Assembly: GCA_041665345.1 (NCBI GenBank)
Contig: JBAYJA010000004.1
Location: forward strand, 48,122 to 112,121
DNA from: Patescibacteria group bacterium
Lineage (GTDB): Bacteria; Patescibacteriota; Patescibacteriia; PEXW01
Direction: 5' to 3'
Length of the DNA stretch: 64,000 nt
Of this stretch, positions 9,601-18,845 are shown piece after piece (the first letter of the stretch is position 1; each line of letters opens with the position of its first letter). The notes under the pieces were generated by a model, which saw only the letters and a program-made list of their open reading frames with translations, made no database searches and had not been told where the DNA came from. The position numbers were made by a program, and so were the translations under genes.

Positions 9601-12600
9601 TCTGCGTAAAGGTACCGTTATTCGTAAGCGTCCCGGCAATGGTGTACACACTGTTCCCACCTGAGGTGAGCGCGCCGCCAATGGTCACATTCTTCGCGGT
9701 TACGGTTTCTGTGCCACCAATCGTCAACGTGGCGCCAGAGAGAATGCTCAGCGTGGCGCTGGTGTACGTTCCACCTGCCTGAGCAGCCAAGGTGGAGGAA
9801 TTTGCCGTGTGTACAATATTTTCATTATCATCAGCATCATACTGGCCCATGTTGGTTACCGTCACCGATGGATTGTCCACGCTCCCAATGGTCAGCACAT
9901 TTGTGTCCAAGACCAGGCCAGTAATGTTCCCCGACCCGTCATAATTCGTAACGGCTGTTGTTTCCGCACTATCGGCAACGCCATCCACAAAAACCGTAAC
10001 CGTATTCCCTGTGGCCACGGTAACGCCAGAAATAGTCCACGTTCCAGCCAAGGTTGTGGTTTGAGCTTGAATGCTCCCATTCACCGCTACTTTCACTGTC
10101 CCGCCTGAACTGTTCGACGTGCCAGCTACGTCTATACCACAGGTTGCGCCAGCACTGACTGTAATATTCGTATTTCCGCTATTCGTAGACTGGGAGAAGG
10201 TGGCACATATTGCTGCGCCAGCATTATTTGCATCGCTAATGTCTACGTAGGAAAGTGACGCTGAAGTTGGGTTGACGTTCCAAGCGTTGCCCACACTGGA
10301 TGATTGCAGGGTGATCAGCTGGCCCAAAGCTCCAGTGACTGTCCACGTACCCGCGATGGTCTGTGTTGTGGCAGCGGTAACGGTAATTACCTTTGCCGCA
10401 CCAATACTGGTGACCGAAAGATTATTGAAGGTTGTACTGCCGGCAATAGTTGAAGCCGCTGTAGTAGTAAGCGCAATGGTGCCGGAATTATGGGTGAACG
10501 TGCCAGCATTAGAGAAGCCGGCTCCAAAATTTGTGGTGGTAGCTGAGCTTGCCTGGAAAACCGTATCCGCCGCAATCGTCACATTACCGGTGACAGTGAA
10601 GGTTGGATCCCAGGTATTCACCTGGAAAATCGTAGTGCTGGAACCGGTGCCAGTGTTCAATAGGTCCAGCGTGGAGGCGATGGTCAGGGTTTGCGAACCC
10701 GCAGTGCCGGCAGTCACCGTGCGCCCCGCCGTCGTGCCACTATTATCAATTTCCACTTTTTGGTAATCCGTGCGGGCACCCATGGATTGATCAGTGGCCG
10801 TGGCGTCCATTCGTAAAATGAGACTTGCGCCCAGTGTCCCGCCGGTTGGGAAAGTTGTAGCACTTCGGTAGGTAAGCCGACCCGGGCCGTTGATAGTGCC
10901 GCTTAAGGTAAGCGTGGCGCCAGTGTGGGTAATAGTGCGGCCGGAACTAATGGTCAAGACGTTACTTGCTCCAGACAATAGTAGAGTATTTGTAACAGCA
11001 ATATCTGATGTTTGTACCGTTACAGCTCCACTGGCGTTTCCAATATCCAGGTCATAAAATGTTGTGCTACTTGAGCCGTCAATTGAGCCTGCGCTCCCTG
11101 TAAGACGTACTCGACTGTCATTATGGGTAAAAGTTCCGTTGTTCGTGAATGTCCCACCAACCGTCAAGTTTGATGTGGATGTAAATGTGCTTGGGGTCAA
11201 TGATCCAGAAATCAACAATGCATTACTTACGGTTAAGTTATTTGCAATACTCATGCTGCCACTCGACGTAAAATTGTAGAGTGTGCTACCTCCAGTATAT
11301 GCGGTTAATGTTTTTGAGGTGCCATCCATGATGACCGTATTCCCAGTTGACGCAACGTAACAATACGTAGCCAGAAAAGAGTTGCATGTTGCATCAAAAT
11401 TTCCTGAGATAGTCCAGATCCCAGAACCCGACGACACTGGTTCCGTGCCGTCGCCAGTACCCAATATATCAAAGTCACCACCAATATTCACCGTGGGATT
11501 ATTGGTTACACCGGTGACAGCCATATCCCCAGTGCCATTAGCATAGACGTAAAAGTGGCTACTGGCGCCAGAAAGTGTATACATTCCAGTGGCAAAAGTC
11601 GTAGTTCGACCCGTTGCGCCACTATTGAAGAACTCAACCGTGTTCCCATACGTCCGCGCGTCAAACGTCGTGCTAGCAATATCTCCACCAGTGGCATCGT
11701 ACCTCGTAATCGCACTTATGATTCCCACCGTACCTGGACCACCACTCGTGTTGGTAAAGGTGATGCGGCCCGGACCGGCAATGGTACTGGAACTTGTAAG
11801 CAATACGTTTGCTCCAGTATGCGTCAATGTTATCCCACTGGCTATGGCCAGCGTGGCGTCCGTGTTGACGAGGAGGGTATTTGTAACCGTCAAATCTCCC
11901 GTCTGCAAGGTCAGGGTACCTGTACTCACTGGGTCATAGCGAAGATTGTAGAGAGTCTGACCATTGCTGGTTATGGTTTTCCCAATACCGGTGGTGAACA
12001 CCGTTCCAGTCCCTGCATCCACGGTTAATCCAGAAGCCATTACAAAATTTCCATCGATATGTGTGGAAGACCCTAGCGTGTAGGTGGGTGTTCCACTTGC
12101 TTGCTGCAAGGTTAGGTTATTGAAGTTGCCTACGTAAATTGTGGTCGCACCAGTACCGCTGTATACAAAAGTTGAAGTGCCAGGAATGAGTACTGTGAAG
12201 CCAGACTCATCCACTATCGGTGTCCCTGAGCCGGACAGGGTCCAGGTTTTTGCCCCAGCATTGAGCGAGTGCATGTTAAAACTCTCCCCGGCGGCAGTTG
12301 CCTCAAGAGTAAGCACATTAGTGACAGTTACCCCGCCATTCCCTGTAGCTGTTGTGGTAAAAATGTTTCCCCCAGATTGCTCCAAAGTGAGGTTATAGAA
12401 TGTCCACCCAGTGGCACCACCAAAGTTCCCTGTCTCACTAAGCGTGAAAGTTGGTGTGCCGCTTGTAGTTGTTACCGTTCCATCACCTGTGACGGCCCCA
12501 CCATTCACGGTCATATCTGCATTTACAGTCAGGGTTGAACTCGTGTCCACGACAACATCCCCAGTGACGGTGAAAGTCCCAACTGCAACCGTGAGTGCCG

Positions 12601-15600
12601 AAGCCACACTCCCATTCCCCACAGTTAGGTTATTGGAAACCGTTGCAGCTTTCTGCAAAGTCGTTGTCGCGGCTGTCCCATCGCCAATCACTAAATTGTA
12701 AATGGTAATTGCTCCGCTGGCGCCATTGGTTCCCAAATTTCCAGTCCCGCGCATGGTTACGGTGGGAGTTCCACTGGATGCGATGATCCCGGTTGTCGTA
12801 TTTGTAAAGTCGCCGCCACCGACGGTCAGGTTTGCGCCAACCGTGAAGGTTGACCCAGTACCCACTGTCACATCACCGCCAGTTACAGTAGTCGCAGCGG
12901 AGCTCAATGCAGTGGTTGCCGTAGTACCATCACCAATCAGGAGATTGTAAAACGTAAGTGTAGGGGTTGTGCCACCACCAATACTCCCACTACCCCGCAT
13001 GGTTGTAGTTGCGGTCCCAGTGGAACGAGTAACAACAGCACTCGTGCCTGCAGTTGTAATATCACCGCCAGCAACAATCGTGTTTGCATCAATATTCAAC
13101 GTTGCCCCGCCATCCACCAAAATATCCCGGCCAATGGTATTCGTGGCGGTGTCGAGAGATGCCGTACCACCGTCATCTATGTGAAAATCTCCGCCTGTAC
13201 TATTGGTGGTCACGGTCCCGCCCGGATCGTACGTGTCACCCGCCCACACATGAAACTCCATGCCAGACTCCACGGTCAAGTTACCAGTAGTAACGCTATA
13301 CCGAACACCAACATTCGCTCCAGTATCAGCTGTCGCTAATTTTGCATTTGTCATGGGCCCTGCGTCTTCGTGACGCACCGAGGTGTGATCTTGATAAATG
13401 TGCAAATCAACAATATCTGACGTCGTGTCAGCAGCCAGGGTCACCGTTGTCCCCTTAATTGCTTCAACGCTATCAATGAAAATTGCAATTGGGTCTGCGG
13501 CGGTGCTTGGGCGAGCAGCTGCGATAGCAAATGAACCATTACTCAAGGTGCAGTCAGCGGTCTGCTCAGACGCACTGCCATTCACGGACGCACGGACGGT
13601 TATGGCATTTGCCGAACAGTCATACGCCGTTGGGGTTTCATTGGTGTAGATTTTCCCATAGATCGAAATGGATGCTGGCACATACTCAACTAAGAGCCAC
13701 AGCGTTGTTACCTGCAATTGTTCGGGAGAGAGGAGGTTGCTTGTATTTAAATTGCGAACACCGATTTGCGCGCTATCCAGGGTCGTCGTTGTCCAGGCGG
13801 TTAACTGCTGCGGCCGGGTATAGGCGGTCATGCCATAAATTCTTGGAATCGCCGAATGGTGCGACATCCATGTCGTTGTCGTGAAATTCTCTTTCGTCCC
13901 TTCAATAACCGCCCCACTCGCACTATCTTTCAATCGAACTGCGGTTGTGAAAGCCGACGTATTCCCGATGTTGGCACGCATACCAGCAGAAACCAGAGAA
14001 ATTGTGTCTGAAGCACCAATGGACTGTGTCGAACTATCAAAAAGATTAACGTCCGTAATAGTGTTCGCTGTGGCTGTGTACAGGTAAGTTGTTGCATCAT
14101 CTGGGTCTGCTTCATCCACATAGGTATAGTCATTCGTAAAACCCGTATTATCCCCGGCGGCATTTGGTTTCAGGTGTGCTATCGACCCTGCGCCAGGGTA
14201 TCCATTTTGCGTTGTACCAGCATTCTGGTTCACCGCCACATCATCGAAGTACCAATCGCCTTGCGTTTGCGCTTCAGAATTTAGGTTGCCACCAAGTGCA
14301 ATTGTTGTTACACCATTAAGAAGGTCTCTGGTTGAGCTGGATCCAAAATTGGTTCCATTTATTCTGCCTTCAACCGTATCAGTTGCACCCGCACCAGACG
14401 AATTTATTTGGAATTCCACCCGGTACCATGTGCTGGTACTCAAGGCGGCTGACGTGCCAATCGGCGTCCCGCCAGAATCTTCATCGTGTAGCTCCAGTGC
14501 GCCAGTGCTGGTCAGCACCAGGAACACTCGGTCTGTAGTCCCGGAATCTCGAAACGACATGATGCGATTACTCGCACTCGGCAAGGTTTCAATCCGGAGA
14601 TACGCCCGGGCATAGTATGGGCCGTCTGCATTCGCTGCCACAAAATCTTGATTCACACCTTCAGCCGAACCCGAACTCATCCCGTTAATGCGCAACGATG
14701 CGCCTCCAGAGCGGTAGTAGGTTGCAGTTGTGTTGATGGTTGGTCCGCCTGCAATCCCCGCCCACTCTTCACCCGCGCTTACCGTTTGCATTTCAAAACC
14801 AGATGACCACAACCGACCACCTTCTGCTGGCTCATACTCCACCAGCAACCACATCGTCGTTACCAGGAGATCGGGAATTGCATCAGTTGCGGTCACGCGT
14901 AATAAACCATCGTCAATGTTCGCAGCGGTCATTACATCGTAATCTGCAGCCGAGGTTTGATCACCGTAGGAAGTTTGCTTGTAGGTTCGTGGAGCCGCGT
15001 TGCCATTGGTGGTATAGGCGGTCGCGCTATCAGAAATACTCGTTGACTGGTCAACTGCATTCCCACTTGGGATTTTTACCTGCAGATTATGGGCACCAGC
15101 TGCTGCACTGAGACGCGTATACCGAATCCCAGCTTGCGTCAAAATTATTCTATCTTTCGCATTCATACCCTGACTTCCTGTACTTTCTAGGGACACCTCA
15201 AGAAAATCCGTCCCGGCGTCACTATCACAGGTCACCGTTGTTGTCGTATCATCTGGTCCACCAGCGCCACGATCATTTACGGCATCCCATGAGCTAGTTG
15301 ACCCACTGCAGGTATTCGAAGAAGCGCCGCTTGGTTGTCCATCTGGCATGAGGTGTACAATTTTTCCCGCCCCTGGCCAGTTTTCCGGTATGCTTGGGGT
15401 GATGCCGGCATCGTCAGAATTAATTGCCAAATCGTCCCAGAATATTGTTGAGGCTCCACCCGTATCAGTTGAAAGCGTACCAATGCGTACAACGTTGGAA
15501 CCATTCGCATGGTTCACCGTGCCTGACGAGAACGTCACGCCATCCACCTTGGCCTCAAGGTAGGTAGTGCCAATCGTTGTGGTGTCACTCCGAAACTCAA

Positions 15601-17620
15601 GCCGATACCAAGTACTAGTGGAGAGAGCTGCAGAAGTCCCGGTCTGCTGCGCGTTGTCTTCATCATTCCACAATTCCAATGTCCCATCACTATTTAACCG
15701 AATACTCGCCTGAACAGAGGGGCCACTGTCGTAAAACTCCATAATATTCACACGCGTTTCTGGCATATTGGTGATATTCACATACGCGCGGAAGTAGTAG
15801 TCATTCGTTGCATTTGCGTTCGAATATTGGAATGTTGCGCCCGAAGTTGCTGCACTCTCATTTGTTTGCAGCGCCGCAACGCCAGAACGAAAGGTGGAGG
15901 TATCAATAGTGGGTGCAGTACCAACTGTCGCTGTAAATTCTTCATTTGCCGTGACGGTTTGCAATTCAAACCCAGAGCTCCACAGACGTGTAATACTTGC
16001 CGAACCCACCGCGTCACTCGCAATCTGCCAGTGGCGTAACTCTTCAAACACTGGCTCGGCACTCCCAGTCTTTATCAAGCGCGCCTTCCCCAGCAAGAAA
16101 AGTTCCGGGCTAATGTCTGGTGGATTCACTCGGTAGGTCAGCGTGTATATCTTCCCGCCCTTCCACTGCACAGGCCAGCGTATGGTCAGCCGATTGTCAG
16201 CAGCAACAGTTTTCCCTTTGCCAGACACCGCAGACACCTCAAAGGAAGTTGGAACCGAGTCTTCAAAAAAACCGGCCACGTCTTTTTGCGGACGTACGGT
16301 GAGAGTAACTGGATAATCTTCAACCGGATAGATGCGGGTAGGCGCATCACGATGCACGTCCAATGTCACCATAGCTCGCACGGCAATTGCATCTTGGATT
16401 GTGTACTCGCCAAACTTGGTCTCCGCTTTGAGATCCAAGGTGTACATCCCTTCATCGCCACCCTCATACACTGCACTGTAGTCAGGCGTATTGGTCACGG
16501 TAATGGGGCCACACTCTGTGGAACGCGTAATTGACCCAGCATCAGTGGTGAAGGTTTGCACTCCCCGACTTGGGTTGGTTATAGTAAGCCATAATTTCGC
16601 ATCGCAAATGGTGTGCCCTTGCGGATCCAGCACACCCATCCCCACGTCAATATTTTCCCCTGGGTGGTAAATGGATTTTGGTGTGTTCAGCACCAGCACT
16701 CCCCAGTAGAAATCTTTCTTCACCGTGGTTTCTTTGTTCCCCTGCACAATGGTAATTTCCGCCGTATACTTTCCAGGCTTGTGCAGCATTTCGTTCCGCA
16801 CTTCAATGCGTTCGTAAGTAGACCGGCCCTCCGTCACCCGCGTCACGTCATACTCTGCCGGGACTTCCGCGCCATCAGGCCCAACCAGCTTCTTGGCTTC
16901 CACGGTTCGCTCAGTTTTGGTGAATGGTAAAAAGGAGAAGCGGGATTGCTTTTCCACTTCCACCTTCAGCACAGGGTCTTCAGAGTTCTTCAGCTGCGTG
17001 TCTTCCACCTGCACCACATCCCCAGAGAGGAACAGCGGTTCTCGCTTTGGCTTGGCCACCTGCTCCACATCCAAACCTATGCCATCCACGTAGACGGTTG
17101 CTGCTGCATCTGGAGACAAGGCAATGTACCGCACCCGAACCTGAAACGTATCAATATTCCCACGGTGTAGCAGCGGAAAAGCGGCTCGCCAGTACCCGCC
17201 ATGCTGCGCGTTACTAACATCTTGGTTCAACCCAAAAGAATCAAGCCGTGTCCAGGTCTTGCCATCCAAACTGGATTCCATCACCACCAAGTCTTCAGAA
17301 TCTTGACCAGCTTTCCCAGCCAAGGAGAGCACAAGCTCTGCTTGGGAAAAAGACGCGTCCGGATGAAAGTCACTTGGTAGGGCAAAATTCTTGCAGACCA
17401 GCTGCGCTGCCCCAGAACCACCACCCGCTTGGGCTGAAGCATCTTGGGGGAATTGCGCTAGCCCAGTATTTCCCAATGCTTGAATTTCCTGCGCCTTGTC
17501 ACTTCGATCCCAGCCTGTGCATGACTGCGGCCGAATATGCAGCGTCTGCGGTTCAGTCTCTGCACGCGACACCAGGGCTACACCAAAGAAGAGCAGACAG
17601 CTCAGGCTCGCCAGTACCAT
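6656..17620 (-). CDS. Giant secreted surface protein (about 3655 aa mature ORF): Thr/Gly-rich beta-helix-like repeats, two tandem ConA/LamG-like lectin modules, C-terminal conserved beta domain
   Basis: Single 11.3 kb ORF. The track start 17932 is a TTG preceded by an implausible basic leader. ATG at 17620 begins MVLASLSCLLFFGVALVSRAETEP, a signal peptide. LamG-like blocks: ...IRLNSDGTLELWNDEDNAQQTGTSAALSTSTWYRLEF and ...LTSTGALELHDEDSGGTPIGTSAALSTSTWYRVEF. Large internal duplications, for example ...RYDGSSANIASTTLDARTYGGRVELF versus ...RYDATGGDIASTTFDARTYGNTVEFF. The C-terminus ends YIATTTF. Confidence 0.7.
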   Translation of the reverse strand: MVLASLSCLLFFGVALVSRAETEPQTLHIRPQSCTGWDRSDKAQEIQALGNTGLAQFPQDASAQAGGGSGAAQLVCKNFALPSDFHPDASFSQAELVLSLAGKAGQDSEDLVVMESSLDGKTWTRLDSFGLNQDVSNAQHGGYWRAAFPLLHRGNIDTFQVRVRYIALSPDAAATVYVDGIGLDVEQVAKPKREPLFLSGDVVQVEDTQLKNSEDPVLKVEVEKQSRFSFLPFTKTERTVEAKKLVGPDGAEVPAEYDVTRVTEGRSTYERIEVRNEMLHKPGKYTAEITIVQGNKETTVKKDFYWGVLVLNTPKSIYHPGENIDVGMGVLDPQGHTICDAKLWLTITNPSRGVQTFTTDAGSITRSTECGPITVTNTPDYSAVYEGGDEGMYTLDLKAETKFGEYTIQDAIAVRAMVTLDVHRDAPTRIYPVEDYPVTLTVRPQKDVAGFFEDSVPTSFEVSAVSGKGKTVAADNRLTIRWPVQWKGGKIYTLTYRVNPPDISPELFLLGKARLIKTGSAEPVFEELRHWQIASDAVGSASITRLWSSGFELQTVTANEEFTATVGTAPTIDTSTFRSGVAALQTNESAATSGATFQYSNANATNDYYFRAYVNITNMPETRVNIMEFYDSGPSVQASIRLNSDGTLELWNDEDNAQQTGTSAALSTSTWYRLEFRSDTTTIGTTYLEAKVDGVTFSSGTVNHANGSNVVRIGTLSTDTGGASTIFWDDLAINSDDAGITPSIPENWPGAGKIVHLMPDGQPSGASSNTCSGSTSSWDAVNDRGAGGPDDTTTTVTCDSDAGTDFLEVSLESTGSQGMNAKDRIILTQAGIRYTRLSAAAGAHNLQVKIPSGNAVDQSTSISDSATAYTTNGNAAPRTYKQTSYGDQTSAADYDVMTAANIDDGLLRVTATDAIPDLLVTTMWLLVEYEPAEGGRLWSSGFEMQTVSAGEEWAGIAGGPTINTTATYYRSGGASLRINGMSSGSAEGVNQDFVAANADGPYYARAYLRIETLPSASNRIMSFRDSGTTDRVFLVLTSTGALELHDEDSGGTPIGTSAALSTSTWYRVEFQINSSGAGATDTVEGRINGTNFGSSSTRDLLNGVTTIALGGNLNSEAQTQGDWYFDDVAVNQNAGTTQNGYPGAGSIAHLKPNAAGDNTGFTNDYTYVDEADPDDATTYLYTATANTITDVNLFDSSTQSIGASDTISLVSAGMRANIGNTSAFTTAVRLKDSASGAVIEGTKENFTTTTWMSHHSAIPRIYGMTAYTRPQQLTAWTTTTLDSAQIGVRNLNTSNLLSPEQLQVTTLWLLVEYVPASISIYGKIYTNETPTAYDCSANAITVRASVNGSASEQTADCTLSNGSFAIAAARPSTAADPIAIFIDSVEAIKGTTVTLAADTTSDIVDLHIYQDHTSVRHEDAGPMTNAKLATADTGANVGVRYSVTTGNLTVESGMEFHVWAGDTYDPGGTVTTNSTGGDFHIDDGGTASLDTATNTIGRDILVDGGATLNIDANTIVAGGDITTAGTSAVVTRSTGTATTTMRGSGSIGGGTTPTLTFYNLLIGDGTTATTALSSAATTVTGGDVTVGTGSTFTVGANLTVGGGDFTNTTTGIIASSGTPTVTMRGTGNLGTNGASGAITIYNLVIGDGTAATTTLQKAATVSNNLTVGNGSVASALTVAVGTFTVTGDVVVDTSSTLTVNADMTVNGGAVTGDGTVTTTSGTPTFTLSETGNFGGATGWTFYNLTLEQSGGNIFTTTATGNGGVTVTNVLTLEATAAGESFNMHSLNAGAKTWTLSGSGTPIVDESGFTVLIPGTSTFVYSGTGATTIYVGNFNNLTLQQASGTPTYTLGSSTHIDGNFVMASGLTVDAGTGTVFTTGIGKTITSNGQTLYNLRYDPVSTGTLTLQTGDLTVTNTLLVNTDATLAIASGITLTHTGANVLLTSSSTIAGPGRITFTNTSGGPGTVGIISAITRYDATGGDIASTTFDARTYGNTVEFFNSGATGRTTTFATGMYTLSGASSHFYVYANGTGDMAVTGVTNNPTVNIGGDFDILGTGDGTEPVSSGSGIWTISGNFDATCNSFLATYCYVASTGNTVIMDGTSKTLTAYTGGSTLYNFTSSGSMSIANNLTVSNALLISGSLTPSTFTSTSNLTVGGTFTNNGTFTHNDSRVRLTGSAGSIDGSSSTTFYDLDIGNASGAVTVQTSDIAVTNTLLLSGASNVLTISSGRTITHTGATLTLSGTINGPGRLTYRSATTFPTGGTLGASLILRMDATATDQSMGARTDYQKVEIDNSGTTAGRTVTAGTAGSQTLTIASTLDLLNTGTGSSTTIFQVNTWDPTFTVTGNVTIAADTVFQASSATTTNFGAGFSNAGTFTHNSGTIALTTTAASTIAGSTTFNNLSVTSIGAAKVITVTAATTQTIAGTWTVTGALGQLITLQSSSVGNAWNVNPTSASLSYVDISDANNAGAAICATFSQSTNSGNTNITVSAGATCGIDVAGTSNSSGGTVKVAVNGSIQAQTTTLAGTWTISGVTVATGNTVTVFVDGVADSAETTAVTNYDGSGNITGLVLDTNVLTIGSVDNPSVTVTNMGQYDADDNENIVHTANSSTLAAQAGGTYTSATLSILSGATLTIGGTETVTAKNVTIGGALTSGGNSVYTIAGTLTNNGTFTQSTSTITMTGTSNSLTGSTATTFNNLTINPASTGTITVSTSDLTVSGALDVADGDTLSIGSGRIVNAPGTLTLNTTGTISGDGTLRFTDASSGPGTGGTLSSIVRYDGSSANIASTTLDARTYGGRVELFTNSGTAKTFTFPTGSFTLSGASSHLYVITDGVGDATLIGASNNPTVTVGGDVDFTGTGGGSEVITSGTGVWTVSGNVDFTGGTYTASTDNTLKMNGTSKTLTAAGNELQKFEVSGGSVATADAVLVNKTFDITGGGFTQAANANLTVYGNFTIATGTTFTAATGSGILIMDGNPTPMTFTDNTSPKQDMGNVQVGLSPGTTDLGSDFTAKSVTIPTGDIFNTNGYDLDIGTGGITIVGTLDATDDVETDETFMDTDGKFDLQTGGTFTPDQSTLTMTLASTVVANATTDLITVGTGNPYNVIVNDGGGTYTLTVEVEDPLVVTNNITITGGVLDTKTGESNSISVGNNWTNNDSFTARSATVTFTATDTGNTIGGTMGDLDDFYDLVFNGSGGEWTTNTAMTVGNDLTVTAGSLLGATDITMYGTLAGGGTVTRSGGTFLHRVAAAKNFGSTANANNWTFNNLSFETSGATDRTVTFATGGTGQVIVSGTLTIGNASDSNVTTLDNETNDRILDANGAVTITSKGLLNGSSTASFTVAGNWTNNGDFTDNTGTVTLDGAAQQTVDGQLTGASDRFNNLTITNSSGADPVTSPSVIFAAAAETAATFTAQTANTKLRFLAGGTYTFNNIAFNGQATGTRVFLRSSTTGTLWDLNSLGTQTVSNTDVRDSNACPGDDIDATDGTNYDSTNNPCWNINTLTFSISDTAVGFGTLSSAAARWANGAATGSASAVSAHTLAVTTNARSGYALTYFGSTLSGPEDITAATFTGDADGTPSSEQFALSITTDGNATIPSAYQKASDNYSFVPSTATTLMSEAGSTVIETASVYYICNISSATTAGAYSTNVTYIATTTF

Positions 17621-17950
17621 TCGAGTTCGGTAGGTCACTTGCACCCGTTGGTGCTGCCGCGTTTGTAACTCATGCCGCATTGCCCGTTGGAAACTGTGCG
17701 TGCGGGCACGGTACACCTTTCGCGCTGACTGGGGAGCTCCGGCAACCGATGACTTTTTTGCAACTACAGTTTTCTGTCGAATCACCCCGCGTTTTGCAAC
17801 AACTCGACGACCTCTGAGTCCAAGTGGACGCGACTTTAGGTACGTCGTTGTGCTTTGCGGTTTGGGCATGGAGGAACGTTTTGTTCGCCGAACGAAGCAC
17901 TTGGCCTTCCGTGTCTTTATACAAGAATCCAATGTATATTATGCCACATT

Positions 17951-17994
17951 TTCACAACAATAACAAAATTGGAGCAAACGTAAGTTTGCTCCAA
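17951..17994 (-). terminator. Rho-independent terminator (minus strand) upstream of the giant-gene start
   Basis: Hairpin ttggagcaaac-gtaa-gtttgctccaa (17969-17994), followed on the minus strand by ttttgttattgtt. Confidence 0.4.
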
Positions 17995-18310
17995 TGAATG
18001 AGCTTTACCAACTCATCGCCCAGCTGCAGTCCTTGGCGCTGCAACTGGCATGGTAACTAATGCCAAAGTCGTTGCCTGTTGAAGATGCTTTGTCGAAAAG
18101 GACATTTGAATGCCCGTTTGGACAAAAGAGATTACTCGCATCACACATAATACCGTTTGGGCCGGACTGACCTATGCCCAAGCGTCGTACGATTTCATCT
18201 TGTAACGCACGTTCTGCTGAACTAAAATCTGTTGCTTCCACTCTGCCTCCAATCAAAAAACGTTTTATCTTTTATAATACCGCCAAGCATAGCTGCATTT
18301 CGCTCTGCTG

Positions 18311-18706
18311 TCAACCCTGCAACTTCCGGTGCTCAACCATAATGCACGTCCCAGGGTCATTCACCGTCATACCCAAATGCCCAGCCAAAATGGTGGTTTC
18401 TTGTGATTCTGCTCCAGGTTGAAACCAAATTTTAGTAAACCCATAGTGGTGGGCTTCGTGCAGAATGTGCAAACCAATCTGGGGTGGGACAACGAACACC
18501 AGCACATCTGGCTTCTTGGGAATTGCTTCAATACTGGCGTAGCACGGCACACCAGAAACCGAAGAGTACTTTGGATTCACACCCACAACGTCCAGCTGAT
18601 GCGCATGCAGGTACTGCAAGACACGAAAACCATACTTTTCCACGTTTGTCGTTGCACCAACAACGGCGTAGCGAAAATTCTTCTGAAAAAAAACTTTGGT
18701 ATCCAT
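18311..18706 (-). CDS. CoA-binding domain protein (YccU-like)
   Basis: MDTKVFFQKNFRYAVVGATTNVEKYGFRVLQYL...VVGVNPKY, typical CoA-binding fold. ATG at 18706 chosen; the track start 18748 is TTG. Confidence 0.55.
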   Translation of the reverse strand: MDTKVFFQKNFRYAVVGATTNVEKYGFRVLQYLHAHQLDVVGVNPKYSSVSGVPCYASIEAIPKKPDVLVFVVPPQIGLHILHEAHHYGFTKIWFQPGAESQETTILAGHLGMTVNDPGTCIMVEHRKLQG

Positions 18707-18741
18707 ACGTACAGTATGCCTGAAATACGCAAGCTGAAAAC

Positions 18742-18770
18742 TTGACAATAACCTCTATTTTTGGTATGAT
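18742..18770 (+). promoter_or_regulatory. Sigma70-type promoter TTGACA-N17-TATGAT driving the dockerin metalloprotease gene
   Basis: ttgaca at 18742-18747, 17-nt spacer, tatgat at 18765-18770, about 75 nt upstream of ATG 18846. Confidence 0.45.
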
Positions 18771-18845
18771 GTATATATTACGAGAAGTGAAAATGATTTC
18801 ACTTTTCCTTCAGCAATTTCGCCCCTAACCTTGTAATTTACGTCT

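Noticed and set aside
7016-17217. Dozens of 60 to 170-aa plus-strand ORFs inside the giant gene and similar antisense ORFs inside other long genes
   Set aside because: They are antisense to a continuous 11 kb ORF with strong protein-level repeat structure. Their Pro/Val/Thr-rich translations are typical shadow ORFs of GC-biased codon usage.
17621-17932. ORF-track N-terminal extension of the giant protein (TTG start, about 100-aa Arg/Lys-rich leader)
   Set aside because: It starts at TTG and its composition looks like translated non-coding DNA. A canonical signal peptide begins at the internal ATG 17620. The extension was kept only as an alternative in the finding.
18005-18256. 83-aa minus-strand ORF between the CoA-binding gene and the terminator at 17951-17994
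   Set aside because: It starts at TTG with no ribosome-binding site. The first in-frame ATG leaves only 47 aa. There is no family resemblance. The region is more likely a 3' UTR ending at the hairpin.
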